Below, piece by piece: positions 1-11,656 of a stretch of 64,000 nucleotides of DNA. This stretch comes from an uncultured Pelagibacteraceae bacterium. GTDB taxonomy: Bacteria > Pseudomonadota > Alphaproteobacteria > Pelagibacterales > Pelagibacteraceae. The stretch lies in contig CACAZL010000002.1 of NCBI GenBank assembly GCA_902536925.1, positions 25,762 through 89,761 of the forward strand, given 5' to 3'. The notes beneath the pieces are model-generated. The model was not told the origin of the DNA and ran no database searches. It saw only the letters and a list, made by a program, of their open reading frames with translations. The position numbers and the translations under genes were made by a program. Each line of letters opens with the position of its first letter. Within the stretch, counting starts at the first letter, position 1.

Positions 1-138
1 CCTTTAACTCATTTGTTAATTTTTCAATCTCTGAAATTAAAAACTGAAAGCGGGAATGACTGCTTAGCAAAATTTAAAAGCAACAATCTTTTGGGTCTCA
101 TTATTTTAATAATTTTGCTAGTAGGAAAATTAACTTAA
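1..138 (+). CDS. ubiA: 3' end of 4-hydroxybenzoate polyprenyltransferase (partial, runs off left edge)
   Basis: Frame 1 reads ...GNDCLAKFKSNNLLGLIILIILLVGKLT*, matching the typical UbiA C-terminus (CL..F.SN..G then a TM helix); its stop overlaps the msbA ATG (TAATG). Confidence 0.7.
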   Translation, partial: PLTHLLIFQSLKLKTESGNDCLAKFKSNNLLGLIILIILLVGKLT

Positions 139-1880
139 TGAAAAATATTGATATTATAAAAAGATTGTACAATGATTATACAACAAAACATCTAAATAAA
201 ATAATTCTTGCTATAGTGTTTTCTATTTTGGTTGCTGGTGCCACATCAGCAACAGCATGGTTACTCGACCCTGCAATAGAAAAAATTTTTATAAACAAAG
301 ATCAAAGTTTAATTTTCATAATTCCACTTTTAATCATAATAGCTTTTGCTACAAAAGGCATATCTCTATATTTAGCAAAAGTTTTAATGATAAAAACTGC
401 AGAAGAAGTGAAAAAAAATATTCAAATCGATATGTTATCTTCTTTCATAAAAGCTGATACTGAAAAAATTGAAGATAAACATTCAGGAAAATATATTTCA
501 AATCTTAACTTTGATGTAAATCAAATAACTGGAATGCTAAGTAATGCAGTTTTAAACCTATTCAAGGATGGCTTAACGCTTATTGGCTTGTTATTTGTGA
601 TGTTCTTTCAAAATTGGAGGCTTTCTCTTATAGCTTTAATTATGCTTCCAATAGCTACGATAACTGCAAAAAAATTAGGAAAACGTATTATTAAAGTTGC
701 CACAGAAGCACAAGAAAAGTCAGGCGACTTAAATAAATATTTAATTGATCTTTTTAAAAATCATAAAATTATAAAAATTTTTCAGAGAGAGAATTATGAA
801 CATGAAAGATCAGAAAAATTCGTTAATGATCTAAAAGAAAAATCAATAAAAATTGCAACTGTTTTTATAAGATCCACTCCAATAATGGAAGTTGTAACTG
901 GAATAATGATTGCAATATTAATTTTTTACTCAGGAAAATTAATTATGAATGACCAGCTTAGTATAAACAATTTTTTCTCTTTTTTGGCTGCTATGATGCT
1001 TGCTTATCAACCAGTAAAGTCTTTAGCAACAGTCAATGTTGCTTTTGGCCAAGGACTATCGGCAGGAAAAAGAATATTACCTATTATTGATCAACAAAAT
1101 AAAATTTCAACAAATGAAAATGGAGAAATATTAGATATAAGTAATGCATCAATAAAATTTCAAAATATTAATTTTAGTTACAAATCAAATCTTAAAAATA
1201 TAGTCCTTAAAGATATTAATATTGATATAGCTGGCAGAAAAATGACAGCTTTAGTAGGTCACAGCGGATCGGGAAAATCTACAATATTAAATTTAATACC
1301 AAGAATTTATGATGCAGACTCTGGGGACATTCTAATTGATAATCAAAAAGTACAAAACCTTAATCTTAAATCATTAAGGAAAGAAATATCTATTGTTGAT
1401 CAAAATACAACACTTTTTGATGATACTATTTTTAATAATATTAAATATGCTAAGCCAGACGCGAGTGAAGAAGAAATTTTTACAGCTGCAAAAATATCAA
1501 TGTGTACAGATTTTATAGAAAAATTAGAAAATAAATTTCAGACTGTTATAGGAGAAAATGGAGTAAAATTATCGGGTGGTGAAAAGCAAAGACTTTCGAT
1601 AGCGAGAGCTTTGTTAAAGGATAGCAAAATAATTCTTCTAGACGAAGCAACTTCATCTCTCGATTCTGAAACAGAAGAAAAAATACAAAAAGCTATTGAG
1701 GAATTAACAAAAAATAAAACGACAGTAGTTATTGCTCATAGACTTTCAACTATTCTTAATTCAGAAAAAATTTATGTTGTTGATAAAGGTTATGTAGAAT
1801 CATCAGGGAAACATGATGATCTAATCAAAAATTCATTGCTTTATAAAAACTTCTACGAAAGACAAATAAAAAATAACTAA
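138..1880 (+). CDS. msbA: Lipid A flippase ABC transporter (TMD+NBD)
   Basis: N-terminal TM domain, Walker A GHSGSGKS, LSGGEKQR, LLDEATS; directly upstream of waaA/lpxK. Confidence 0.85.
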   Translation: MKNIDIIKRLYNDYTTKHLNKIILAIVFSILVAGATSATAWLLDPAIEKIFINKDQSLIFIIPLLIIIAFATKGISLYLAKVLMIKTAEEVKKNIQIDMLSSFIKADTEKIEDKHSGKYISNLNFDVNQITGMLSNAVLNLFKDGLTLIGLLFVMFFQNWRLSLIALIMLPIATITAKKLGKRIIKVATEAQEKSGDLNKYLIDLFKNHKIIKIFQRENYEHERSEKFVNDLKEKSIKIATVFIRSTPIMEVVTGIMIAILIFYSGKLIMNDQLSINNFFSFLAAMMLAYQPVKSLATVNVAFGQGLSAGKRILPIIDQQNKISTNENGEILDISNASIKFQNINFSYKSNLKNIVLKDINIDIAGRKMTALVGHSGSGKSTILNLIPRIYDADSGDILIDNQKVQNLNLKSLRKEISIVDQNTTLFDDTIFNNIKYAKPDASEEEIFTAAKISMCTDFIEKLENKFQTVIGENGVKLSGGEKQRLSIARALLKDSKIILLDEATSSLDSETEEKIQKAIEELTKNKTTVVIAHRLSTILNSEKIYVVDKGYVESSGKHDDLIKNSLLYKNFYERQIKNN

Positions 1881-3109
1881 TGTATTTTTTGTATAATATA
1901 TTAGGAATTATTTTTTTTTTAATCTCACCATTTATATTATTTTTTAGAGTGATTAATGGAAAGGAAGATTGGAAAAGAATCTTAGAAAAATACGCTTATT
2001 ATAATTTAAAAAAGACTGATACAACTGTATGGTTTCATGGTGCAAGTGTTGGAGAAATCATGAGCATTCTCCCTTTGATAAATAAGTTTGAAAAAGACAA
2101 ATCTATAAAAAAAATTTTACTTACTTCATCTACTTTAAGTTCTGCATCAATAATTGCAAAGAAACCATTAAAGAAAACAACTCATATTTACTATCCATTT
2201 GATATTGGATTTATATGCAATAACTTTTTAAATTTTTGGGAACCAAAAATTGCAATATTTGTAGATTCTGAAATCTGGCCGAATATGTATGAAAAAATAA
2301 ATTCAAAAAAAATACCTCTTATTTTAATCAATGCTAGAATTACGAGTAAAAGTTTCAAAAGATGGCAAATCTTTTCATCTTTTGCAAAGAATGTTTTCAG
2401 TAAAATAACTATAGCTTTACCTCAAAATCAAGAAACCCGAAATTATTTAAAAAAATTAGGTGTTAAAAAAATTAAATTTATTGGAAATTTAAAGTATTTC
2501 AAAAATGATAAACAAAGTTTGAAGAAAAATGTTCAAAAATATTTTAAAAATAAAAAAATATTCTGTGCAGCTAGTACTCATTATAATGAGGAAAAAATCA
2601 TTGGAAAATTACATTTAAAATTGAAGAAAAAGTTTAAGAATTTAATTACAATATTGGTTCCGCGTCACATAAATAGATCAGAGGATATAAAGCAAGAACT
2701 TGGAAAATTAAAACTGATAGTTACCGAAAGATCAAGCGGACATAAACCGTCTGAAAATTGTGACGTATATATTGTTAATACATATGGAGAGATGTCAAAA
2801 TTTTTAAGACTTTCAAATGTAACGTTTATTGGTGGATCTTTAGTAAACCATGGAGGACAAAACCCCTTAGAAGCTGTAAGAATGGGTAATTACGTGATGC
2901 ATGGTAAAAAAGTAAATAATTTTAAAGAAATATATAAAGAATTAAAAAGTTTAAAAATATCTTCAGAAATTAAAAATATTGATCAAATGGAGAAGGTATT
3001 TGTAAAAAATCATAATTACAAAATATCAAATAGTAAACTTAATAAGATTGATTATTTAGGTGCTAAAATTTTTGAAAATAACGTCAAAGAAATTAAAAAT
3101 TATTTATAA
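1880..3109 (+). CDS. waaA: Kdo transferase
   Basis: WFHGASVGE, DSEIWPN, AASTH, PRH, GGSL..HGGQNPLE motifs. Confidence 0.93.
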   Translation: MYFLYNILGIIFFLISPFILFFRVINGKEDWKRILEKYAYYNLKKTDTTVWFHGASVGEIMSILPLINKFEKDKSIKKILLTSSTLSSASIIAKKPLKKTTHIYYPFDIGFICNNFLNFWEPKIAIFVDSEIWPNMYEKINSKKIPLILINARITSKSFKRWQIFSSFAKNVFSKITIALPQNQETRNYLKKLGVKKIKFIGNLKYFKNDKQSLKKNVQKYFKNKKIFCAASTHYNEEKIIGKLHLKLKKKFKNLITILVPRHINRSEDIKQELGKLKLIVTERSSGHKPSENCDVYIVNTYGEMSKFLRLSNVTFIGGSLVNHGGQNPLEAVRMGNYVMHGKKVNNFKEIYKELKSLKISSEIKNIDQMEKVFVKNHNYKISNSKLNKIDYLGAKIFENNVKEIKNYL

Positions 3110-4032
3110 TGAAAGTAAAAAGACCCATTTTTTGGGATAGTTTCAATTTCATATCAATATTACTCTTACCATTTAGTTTGATTACAATTATTTTTAATTT
3201 TTTTAAATCTTTAAGTCCAAAAAAATATTTCAAAATAAAAACAATCTGTGTTGGAAATATTTACTTAGGTGGAACTGGAAAAACACCTTTAGTTTTAAAA
3301 ATAAATGACATGTTAAAATACAAGTTTAAAACTGTGTTTATTAAAAAAAAATATATTGATCAAATTGATGAGCAAAATATTTTATCAAAATATGGAAATC
3401 TAATTTGTTTAAGTTTTAGAGATATCGCGCTGAGAATTGCTAAGAGAAAAAAATACCAGTTAGCTATATTAGATGATGGTTTGCAAGATAAAAGTTTAAA
3501 TTATGATATTTCTATTGTTTGTTTTAATAGTTCAGAGCTAGTTGGAAATGGACTAGTTTTGCCTGCTGGGCCATTAAGGGAAAGAATTAAGAATATTTTA
3601 AATTATGATCTTGCATTTCTTAATGGTGAAAAAAAAAATAAAAGTTTCGAAAAAACTCTAAAGAGATTAAATCCAAATTTAAAAATATTTAGAGCTAAAT
3701 ACACTCCTAGAAATCTTGAGTCTTTTAAATTTAAAAATAACTTTCTAGTTTTTTCAGGCATAGGTAATCCTTTAGAATTTCAACAAACATTAAAAAAATA
3801 TAATTTTAAGATAAAAAAAATAATGACTTTTCCAGACCATTATAAATATAAAAATTCTGATATAAATAATATAAAAAATATGGCTAAGAGTAATAAATTA
3901 AAAATTATAACAACCGAAAAAGACTACAATCGATTATCAAATATACAAAAAAAAAATATCAAATTTTTAAAAATAGGATTAAAAATTGAAAAAGAAAAAG
4001 AATTTAAAAATTTTTTATTAAAGAAATTATGA
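3109..4032 (+). CDS. lpxK: Tetraacyldisaccharide 4'-kinase
   Basis: VGNIYLGGTGKTP, LDDGLQ, LPAGPLRE, FPDHY, TTEKD. Confidence 0.95.
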   Translation: MKVKRPIFWDSFNFISILLLPFSLITIIFNFFKSLSPKKYFKIKTICVGNIYLGGTGKTPLVLKINDMLKYKFKTVFIKKKYIDQIDEQNILSKYGNLICLSFRDIALRIAKRKKYQLAILDDGLQDKSLNYDISIVCFNSSELVGNGLVLPAGPLRERIKNILNYDLAFLNGEKKNKSFEKTLKRLNPNLKIFRAKYTPRNLESFKFKNNFLVFSGIGNPLEFQQTLKKYNFKIKKIMTFPDHYKYKNSDINNIKNMAKSNKLKIITTEKDYNRLSNIQKKNIKFLKIGLKIEKEKEFKNFLLKKL

Positions 4033-4889
4033 GGAAGTTTTTTTATTTAATTGAATTTATTTTAATAAAATTATTTTTTTTTATACTAATTATAATTGGT
4101 TATAAAAATGGATCTAATTTGGGAGATTTTATTGGACGCTTGTTTGGACCAATATTTAGATCAAAAAAATTAATTGAGAATAATTTGGAACAATCTGGCA
4201 TTGTAGACAAGAAAAATTACAATAAAATTATCAGCAAAATATATGGAAATTATGGAAGAATACTTGCTGAATATCCTTTTCTTAAAGCATTTAGAAATAG
4301 CAAATTAAATAAATTTATTGAAATAGACGGGCTTGAAAACCTAAACAAAATTAAGATAGAAAAAAGACGAGCTGTATTTATATCTGGTCATTTCAATAAT
4401 TTTGAATTAATGGCACTCCAAATTGAAAAAGCTGGTATAAATTTGTGCGCAATTTATAGACCGCTAAATAACGTATTCCTTAACAAAACTATGGAAGAAA
4501 TTAGAGAAAATTTTATATGCAAAAATCAAATTAAAAAAGGAAGATCAGGCACAAGACAGATTATTGAAAATATAAAGAAAGGTAACTCAGTAGCTCTAAT
4601 GATAGACCAAAGAGTAAGAGAAGGTATAAAAATTAATTTTTTCGGTAAACCAGCCAGTACTACGACCATACCCGCACAATTAATTAAAAAATATAAATGT
4701 GATCTAGTGCCTATTTATATAGAGAGAAGAAAAAATAATTATTTTAAAATGTTTGTTTCAGAACCGATTAAAATCGGGAACAATAAATCAATCAAACAAA
4801 TCACTGAACATCTAAATAAGATACTTGAAAAAATGATTTTAAAAAATGTGGACCAGTGGATCTGGACTCATGATAGGTGGAAAACATAA
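4029..4889 (+). CDS. lpxL: Lipid A late acyltransferase (LpxL/HtrB family)
   Basis: HFNNFE acyltransferase motif, DQ, FFG, QWIWTHDRWK C-terminus; lipid A operon context. Confidence 0.85.
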   Translation: MRKFFYLIEFILIKLFFFILIIIGYKNGSNLGDFIGRLFGPIFRSKKLIENNLEQSGIVDKKNYNKIISKIYGNYGRILAEYPFLKAFRNSKLNKFIEIDGLENLNKIKIEKRRAVFISGHFNNFELMALQIEKAGINLCAIYRPLNNVFLNKTMEEIRENFICKNQIKKGRSGTRQIIENIKKGNSVALMIDQRVREGIKINFFGKPASTTTIPAQLIKKYKCDLVPIYIERRKNNYFKMFVSEPIKIGNNKSIKQITEHLNKILEKMILKNVDQWIWTHDRWKT

Positions 4890-5087
4890 TCAGTTTTTAT
4901 CTAATAAATCTCTTTTCATTGAGGCCTCAACATACGAAAAGTAAGCTTCCTGTTCTTCAACGTTCCAATAATTTAAGTTTTCAAGCGGTATTTTTTTTTG
5001 TGAGATAGCACAAATCACATGATCACCTTCTTCAATGATCTCAAAATTATTTGCTAAGTATTTTAATTTAGCTAACTTATTTAACAT
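4890..5087 (-). CDS. DUF2093 family small protein
   Basis: GDHVICAIS..KIPLENLNYWNVE.QEAY is the characteristic alphaproteobacterial DUF2093 pattern. Confidence 0.8.
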   Translation of the reverse strand: MLNKLAKLKYLANNFEIIEEGDHVICAISQKKIPLENLNYWNVEEQEAYFSYVEASMKRDLLDKN

Positions 5088-5109
5088 ATTTAAGATATAT
5101 ATTTACTAA

Positions 5110-6375
5110 ATGAAAATTGCAATTATTGGAAGTGGAGGACGAGAACATGCTCTAGTTTATCACTTAAGTAATTCAAAAAAAATAACAAAAATATATTCAA
5201 TACCAGGTAATGCTGGTACCGAAGCAATATCTATAAATATTGATTTAAATTTGGAAAATTTTCAAGATTTGTATAATTTTATTAAGAAAGAACAAATCGA
5301 ATTAGTGATTGTTGGTCCAGAAAAACCATTAGTCGAAGGATTAGTAGATTTCCTAGAGTCAAAAAACATTAAAGTTTTTGGTCCTAAAAAAAAAGTAGCT
5401 CAATTAGAAGGCTCAAAAATATTTACAAAACAAATTTGTGAGAAATTTAACATACCAACTGCTAAATTTAAAATTTGCAAATCCAAAGAGGACTCATTTA
5501 TATTTTTATCGTCATCTAATTTTCCTCTTGTTGTAAAAGCAGATGTTCTTGCTGCAGGTAAAGGTGTTTATATTTGTCAAAATGTTGATGAGGCTAAAAC
5601 TGCTGTTAATGAAATATTTGACGGTAAATTTGGGAAAGCAGATCAAGTATTAATCGAAGAATTCCTAGAAGGTGATGAGATGAGTTTTTTTATTATTTCA
5701 GATGGAATTAGTTATAAAACTTTTAATACAGCTCAAGACCATAAAAGAGTTGGTGAGGGTGATACTGGAAAAAATACAGGAGGAATGGGAGCTTATTCAC
5801 CTTCAAGCTTAATTAATGATGATTTAGAGAATAAAATTTTAAACAAAATAATTGAGCCAACGTTAAAAGCTATAAGTGAAATGAATGAGAAGTACGTCGG
5901 TTTTTTATATGCCGGCTTAATGATAAAAAGTAATGAACCATACCTAATTGAATATAATGTCAGGATGGGTGATCCTGAATGCCAAACTATATTACCATTG
6001 GTTGACAACGATTTATTGGAAATAATAAATGCCTGTTGTAATTCAAAATTAAAGACCCAAGAAATAAAATGGAAAAATAAAAAAAGTATGTGTATTGCTT
6101 TATGCTCAAAAGGATATCCTGAAAAATATAATAAGAATGTTGAAATTAAAAATTTAAAAGAATTCAAATCATCTAAAGATAATTTTATTTTTCACGCTGG
6201 AACAAAAAGTTCTGGAAACAAAATTGTAGCAGTTGGTGGTAGGGTAATAAATTTTGTAAATATCTCAGAAAGTTATTTATCAAGCAGAAAAGAAATCATC
6301 AATCAGATTAAGAAATTGAATTGGGAAGATGGTTTTTATAGATCAGATATAGGTCATAAAGTCATAAATAAATGA
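5110..6375 (+). CDS. purD: Phosphoribosylamine-glycine ligase
   Basis: GSGGREHAL, VGPE.PL, QDHKR..GDTG.NTGGMGAYSP, RMGDPE. Confidence 0.97.
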   Translation: MKIAIIGSGGREHALVYHLSNSKKITKIYSIPGNAGTEAISINIDLNLENFQDLYNFIKKEQIELVIVGPEKPLVEGLVDFLESKNIKVFGPKKKVAQLEGSKIFTKQICEKFNIPTAKFKICKSKEDSFIFLSSSNFPLVVKADVLAAGKGVYICQNVDEAKTAVNEIFDGKFGKADQVLIEEFLEGDEMSFFIISDGISYKTFNTAQDHKRVGEGDTGKNTGGMGAYSPSSLINDDLENKILNKIIEPTLKAISEMNEKYVGFLYAGLMIKSNEPYLIEYNVRMGDPECQTILPLVDNDLLEIINACCNSKLKTQEIKWKNKKSMCIALCSKGYPEKYNKNVEIKNLKEFKSSKDNFIFHAGTKSSGNKIVAVGGRVINFVNISESYLSSRKEIINQIKKLNWEDGFYRSDIGHKVINK

Positions 6376-6938
6376 GAGTAATTGGTGGAAAACTAAGAGG
6401 GAAATTAATTCATAATCCTATAGATAAAACAACAAGACCTTTAAAAGATATGGTTAGAGAGTCGATATTTAATATTTTAGAGCATTCTAAGAATGAAAAA
6501 ATTAAATTCAAAAATGACATAGTTTTGGATTTATTTTCTGGTTCTGGTTCGTTTGGCATTGAGTGTTTGTCTAGAGGAGTAAAAAAAGTTTTTTTTTTTG
6601 AAAATTACAAACCCTCTTTGAAAATTTTAAAAAAAAACATTAAGGAGTTAGAAATTGATAAAGATTCAGTCATTAAGGAAATTAACGCATATGAAATTTC
6701 TAATGAAAATATAGATAATGAAAAAATTAATTTAATTTATTTGGATCCACCATTTAAAGATAAAAATATAAATAAATTATTAAGTAAAATTTTAGACTTA
6801 AAAATTGCTCACAAAAATACATTAATAGTAATACATAGAAATAAGAAATTTAAAGAAAATTTTATAGAAAATTTTAAAGTTCTTAGAGAAAAAAAATATG
6901 GATTATCAAAAATAATATTTGGTAAATTACTATTTTAG
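6372..6938 (+). CDS. rsmD: 16S rRNA m2G966 methyltransferase
   Basis: MRVIGG..RG, TRP...VRESIFN, LDLFSGSGSFGIE, LDPPF. Confidence 0.93.
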   Translation: MRVIGGKLRGKLIHNPIDKTTRPLKDMVRESIFNILEHSKNEKIKFKNDIVLDLFSGSGSFGIECLSRGVKKVFFFENYKPSLKILKKNIKELEIDKDSVIKEINAYEISNENIDNEKINLIYLDPPFKDKNINKLLSKILDLKIAHKNTLIVIHRNKKFKENFIENFKVLREKKYGLSKIIFGKLLF

Positions 6939-8102
6939 AATTTTTTTTGTTTCTATTTTGATTAATTCAACAGAGGGTTGGTTAATTGGATTTACATTTA
7001 ATAAGGAGCTTAGCATTAGAGTTTCTAATATAAAAAATGTAAATAATTCACCTAAAGTTTCCTCACTTTTATTTTTAATTTCAAAACTTCTAAATGATAA
7101 TTTTTTCTTATTAAATACATTTTGCGTAGCTTTTTTTTGAGCATACATTACTTGATCCAAACTTTTCTTTTTTAAATGTTCTAATCCATCAATTATAAAA
7201 GCATTATTAAATTTAAATTGATTTCTATCTCTAGAGAAAAAAAAACTAAAAAAATTATTTTTTGGGCCATCTAAATATAGTTGTAAAAGACTATGATTGT
7301 CCTTTGGCATCGTTGAGATTATAGGAAAGATGCCCTTACCCTTTTTTCCTAGACTCTCTGCAGATAATTGCTGGTACCATTTCAAAAAATTATTTAATTT
7401 TTCATCATAATTTAAAATTACACAATTTTTTTTTCCTTTAATAATATTTGAGTGAATTGAAGAGACATTATCAATTAAAAAATTAATAAATGTTTTATTT
7501 TTAATTAGATAATTTAATCGTTTAAATTTTTTTTCATTTAAACCCATCAATTCCGCCGGAACCATTCCAACCTCAGATAATACTGAATATCTTCCTCCTA
7601 TATAATTTTTATGGTCTATTACATCAGATCTCAGTTTATTCGCCATAGCTCTTAGGATATTATTTTTATTTTCAGTGATTATTAAATTTTTATTTCTTTT
7701 TTGTTTTGTTAAAATAAGGTTTAAATTTGATAATGTTTCTAGGGTATTACCTGATTTTGATATAACTATATTTAAACGTTTTTTGTTTGAATTTGTAATT
7801 CTAATGCTTTGTAGGTTATTATAAAAGAAAAATTTTTTTTTGATTTTGTGATTAAGAAAATCATAAATAGCTTGCGCACCTAAAATAGATCCTCCCATTC
7901 CTATTAAATTAAACTCAATGTATTTTGTGAATTTTAGTAAATTTTTTTTCTTAAATGAATAATTATAATTATTTGTTAAAGATTTTAATAAGGGATATTT
8001 TTCAATTAAAATTTTAAACTTTAGGAATTTAGTAAGTTTTTTTTTATTTAATTGTTTATTTTTATTATTGAAATTTTTGTAAATAATATGTTTTGTCTCC
8101 AT
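6930..8102 (-). CDS. pgi: Glucose-6-phosphate isomerase (compact form)
   Basis: GMGGS, SKSGNTLET, GGRYSVLS, QQL.AESLGK, NHS, NQPSVELIK. Confidence 0.85.
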   Translation of the reverse strand: METKHIIYKNFNNKNKQLNKKKLTKFLKFKILIEKYPLLKSLTNNYNYSFKKKNLLKFTKYIEFNLIGMGGSILGAQAIYDFLNHKIKKKFFFYNNLQSIRITNSNKKRLNIVISKSGNTLETLSNLNLILTKQKRNKNLIITENKNNILRAMANKLRSDVIDHKNYIGGRYSVLSEVGMVPAELMGLNEKKFKRLNYLIKNKTFINFLIDNVSSIHSNIIKGKKNCVILNYDEKLNNFLKWYQQLSAESLGKKGKGIFPIISTMPKDNHSLLQLYLDGPKNNFFSFFFSRDRNQFKFNNAFIIDGLEHLKKKSLDQVMYAQKKATQNVFNKKKLSFRSFEIKNKSEETLGELFTFFILETLMLSSLLNVNPINQPSVELIKIETKKILK

Positions 8103-8105
8103 TAA

Positions 8106-8423
8106 TTATTGGATTTTCTTTTTCATATTATTTAATAAATCTGACCCGCTATTTGTATTTTCAGTATTATTGTTTTCTTTTATTTTAAGTAAATCTTTAA
8201 CTTCATCTTTATTAGATTTACTGCTCACTTCTAAATCATCTCCTGGCGTAGGAAGTTTTTTCATATCAGGTGGCATTTGTAGCGGATTTTTTTTCTTAAC
8301 TAAAAATTCATCGCTTTGTTCAGATCTCTTTTTACCTTCAAGAGCCTCTCTAAAGCCACCACAAAAAGTTAGTAATGGCACTAAAGCGATTAATAAGATT
8401 AGATTTAATTTAATTTTTTTCAT
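8106..8423 (-). CDS. DUF3035-like lipoprotein
   Basis: Start reassigned to ATG 8423 (MKKIK...LLTFC lipobox); [16 protein letters not shown] motif; follows lspA. Confidence 0.7.
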   Translation of the reverse strand: MKKIKLNLILLIALVPLLTFCGGFREALEGKKRSEQSDEFLVKKKNPLQMPPDMKKLPTPGDDLEVSSKSNKDEVKDLLKIKENNNTENTNSGSDLLNNMKKKIQ

Positions 8424-8907
8424 CTTTTTTTTTATAGAATATAAATTCAGATAAAATAAGGCATATAATACCAATTGTAATAAAAATATCAGCTACATTA
8501 AAGATAAACCAATGATATCCAGCATAATTTAAATCTATAAAGTCTGGAACAGCTCTGTAATAAACCCGGTCAAATAAGTTTCCTAAAGACCCTCCTAATA
8601 TTATCATTAAAAAAAATGATTTAATTTTTGACTCAATCAAAGCAAAATAAAATATTACCAAATTTATAATAACTATAATTGTAGTAAAGATATTATAGAA
8701 AATTTGATCTTCTGAAGAAAATAAACCAAATCCAATACCTGTATTCCATACCAAATAAATATTTAAAAATTGATTTATATAAAAATCAACTTGTCCTTCA
8801 TTATTTAAAATATTTAGAATATAAATTTTTGATAGTCTATCTAAAGCAAAACAAACAAATAAAAATATAAAACCTATAAGAAGTTTGTTTAATTTTTCAT
8901 TTCCCAT
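8410..8907 (-). CDS. lspA: Signal peptidase II
   Basis: [28 protein letters not shown]. Confidence 0.95.
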   Translation of the reverse strand: MGNEKLNKLLIGFIFLFVCFALDRLSKIYILNILNNEGQVDFYINQFLNIYLVWNTGIGFGLFSSEDQIFYNIFTTIIVIINLVIFYFALIESKIKSFFLMIILGGSLGNLFDRVYYRAVPDFIDLNYAGYHWFIFNVADIFITIGIICLILSEFIFYKKKDEKN

Positions 8908-11650
8908 TTGTATTTAAAAGTCCACAATTTGGTCTTTCACAAGCCGTTTCAAAAATTTTCCAACAAATAGGACATTTATTTCCTTGAGCTTTTTTTGCAA
9001 CTACATCAATACTATTTTTTTGACTTTCATCTTTAATTACAGTTGCAGATGAGGTTATACAAATTTCAGCAAAATTTATATTTTTTGCTATATCATAAAA
9101 TTCTTTATTTAACTTTATCTCAATCATTGCCTCTAAACTTGAGCCAATTGATTTTTCAGCTCTCATGTTCTCAATTGAAATATTTGCCACATCTCTAATT
9201 TTTTTTACATATTCCCAATCTGAGCTTATTTCTTTATTTTTCCAAGAATTTGGAACGGAAACAAAATTTTGTAAATGTATACTTTGTCTATCTTCTTCTT
9301 TTTTAACCAATTGATAAATTTCTTCGGTTGTAAATGATAATATTGGGGCAAACCATTTCAGGAGACATTGTAAAATAATATTTAAAAGAGTTATGCAGTT
9401 CTTTCTTTTTTCAGAATTCAAAGCCTCACAATATAAAGTGTCTTTCCTGATATCAAAATAAAAGGCTGAGAGCTCAACTGTACAAAAATTTAGTAATTCT
9501 TTATATAAGTTGTGAAAGTTATAAACTTTAAAATTATTTTTAAAATTCTCATTTATTATGTAAATTCTGTGAAGCATAAATTTTTCAAGTGATTCAAAGT
9601 TTTCAAACTTAACTTTTTCAAAATCAAGATTTTCATATTGATCTTGAATATTTCCTAAAAGATATCTAAAAGTGTTTCTAATTTTTCTATAAGACTCTGC
9701 GTGTTGATCTAAAATTGAATAATCTATTCTAAGATCCTCAGCATAATTTGAAGATGCAACCCAAATTCTTAATATATCAGCTCCATATTTTTTAAGTATA
9801 TCTTGTGGAGCAATTACGTTACCTGTTGATTTTGACATTTTTAGACCTTTTCCATCTACGACAAAACCATGAGAAAGAATGCTTTCAAATGGTGCAACAC
9901 CTCTTGTTCCGCATGACTCTAGTAATGAAGAATGAAACCATCCTCTATGTTGATCTGAACCCTCTAAATACATCGATGCAGGCCATTTAAGGTCATCTCT
10001 TTTTTCTAAGACAAAAGAATGAGTAGAACCGCTGTCAAACCAAACCTCAACTATATCTGATAATTTTTCATAATCTTCAGCTTTATACTTATCTCCAAGA
10101 AAGATCTGATAATCCTCATTAAACCAACAATCAGAACCTTCTTTTTCATAAATTTTTGCAATATTTTCAAATACTTCATCATCAACTAAAACATCACCTG
10201 TTTTTTTTGAAATAAAAATCGGTAGTGGCACACCCCAAACTCTCTGTCTTGATACACACCAATCTGGTCTAGTTTCAATCATTGATTTTATTCTTTCTTT
10301 TCCTTTGGAAGGATAAAAATCTGTATTATCGATAGCTTTTAAAGCTTTATTCCTTAACCCATGACTTTCCATGGAAATAAACCATTGTGGAGTTGCTCTG
10401 TGAACTAGTGGAGCTTTTGATCTCCAAGAATGAGGGTAAGAGTGGGTAAGTTTTCCGTTTGTTACTAAATTTTTTTGTTCATCTAATTTTTCAATAATTA
10501 AGTTATTGGCCTTAAAAATATGTAAACCTTCAAAAAGTTTAATTTCATTTGTATATTTTCCATCACCATCAACTGTTTCAATTGCTTTAATATTATTATT
10601 TAAACAAAGATTAAAATCATCAGGTCCATGACTTGGAGCACAGTGAACAATGCCTGTTCCTTGCTCAGTAGTAACAAAATTAGCCTCGAGCATTGGAATA
10701 TCATAATCATATCCCATTTTAGAAAATGGATGACTGCAAACTGTTCCTTTTAAATCTTTTCCTAAAAATTCGTTTAAAACTTTAATATTTTCTATAGTTG
10801 TATCTTTTTTAAAAGGTTCTAGTAAATCCTTTGCAATTACTATTTTTCTGTCGACAAAATTTTTGTTATCATTTATCTCAAGCAAAAGATATTTTAGGCC
10901 AGCATTGTAAGCTAAAGCTTTATTTGCAGGAATAGTCCATGGAGTTGTGGTCCAAATTATTACATCAGCACCTTTAATAATATCTAAATTTGAAACTTTC
11001 ACTTTGAAAGCTGCATAAATCGTATCTGAAACATGATCCATGTATTCAACTTCAGCATCAGCTAAAGCTGTTTTTTCAACAGTTGACCAAAGAACAGGCT
11101 TGTAACCTCTATAAAGACTTCCTTCTTTAAGAAATTTTCCAAGTTCTCTAACTATTTGAGCTTCAGCATCAAATGACATTGTTGAGTAGTAATTTTCCCA
11201 ATCACCGATTACCCCTAGTCTTGTAAATTCTCCCTTATGAACATCTATCCATTTATTTGCAAATTCCCTACATTCTTTTCTGAATTCAATAATTGGAACG
11301 TCATTTTTATTTTTTTTATTCTTTTTGTATTGTTCCTCAATTTTCCACTCGATAGGCAAACCATGGCAATCCCATCCAGGAACATAAACTGAGTCCTTGC
11401 CATCCATTTGATGAAATTTTGTAATTATGTCTTTTAAAATTTTATTCAAAGCAGTACCCATGTGAATATTACCATTTGCATATGGAGGCCCATCATGGAG
11501 TACAAATTTTTCTTGCCCTTTACTTTTTTGTCTTAACAAATTGTACAGATCAATTTTCTTCCAAAATTCAATATAATTTGGCTCCTTGTTTGGCAAATTC
11601 GCCTTCATTGAGAATTTTGTTTTAGGTAAATTAATATGTTCCTTACTCAT
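8897..11650 (-). CDS. ileS: Isoleucine--tRNA ligase
   Basis: [27 protein letters not shown]-terminal Zn finger CPICW. Confidence 0.98.
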   Translation of the reverse strand: MSKEHINLPKTKFSMKANLPNKEPNYIEFWKKIDLYNLLRQKSKGQEKFVLHDGPPYANGNIHMGTALNKILKDIITKFHQMDGKDSVYVPGWDCHGLPIEWKIEEQYKKNKKNKNDVPIIEFRKECREFANKWIDVHKGEFTRLGVIGDWENYYSTMSFDAEAQIVRELGKFLKEGSLYRGYKPVLWSTVEKTALADAEVEYMDHVSDTIYAAFKVKVSNLDIIKGADVIIWTTTPWTIPANKALAYNAGLKYLLLEINDNKNFVDRKIVIAKDLLEPFKKDTTIENIKVLNEFLGKDLKGTVCSHPFSKMGYDYDIPMLEANFVTTEQGTGIVHCAPSHGPDDFNLCLNNNIKAIETVDGDGKYTNEIKLFEGLHIFKANNLIIEKLDEQKNLVTNGKLTHSYPHSWRSKAPLVHRATPQWFISMESHGLRNKALKAIDNTDFYPSKGKERIKSMIETRPDWCVSRQRVWGVPLPIFISKKTGDVLVDDEVFENIAKIYEKEGSDCWFNEDYQIFLGDKYKAEDYEKLSDIVEVWFDSGSTHSFVLEKRDDLKWPASMYLEGSDQHRGWFHSSLLESCGTRGVAPFESILSHGFVVDGKGLKMSKSTGNVIAPQDILKKYGADILRIWVASSNYAEDLRIDYSILDQHAESYRKIRNTFRYLLGNIQDQYENLDFEKVKFENFESLEKFMLHRIYIINENFKNNFKVYNFHNLYKELLNFCTVELSAFYFDIRKDTLYCEALNSEKRKNCITLLNIILQCLLKWFAPILSFTTEEIYQLVKKEEDRQSIHLQNFVSVPNSWKNKEISSDWEYVKKIRDVANISIENMRAEKSIGSSLEAMIEIKLNKEFYDIAKNINFAEICITSSATVIKDESQKNSIDVVAKKAQGNKCPICWKIFETACERPNCGLLNTNGK

Positions 11651-11656
11651 GTAATT

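Noticed and set aside
6930-8102. pgi as a pseudogene because it is short
   Set aside because: Catalytic Glu, His and Lys motifs are all present in one intact frame
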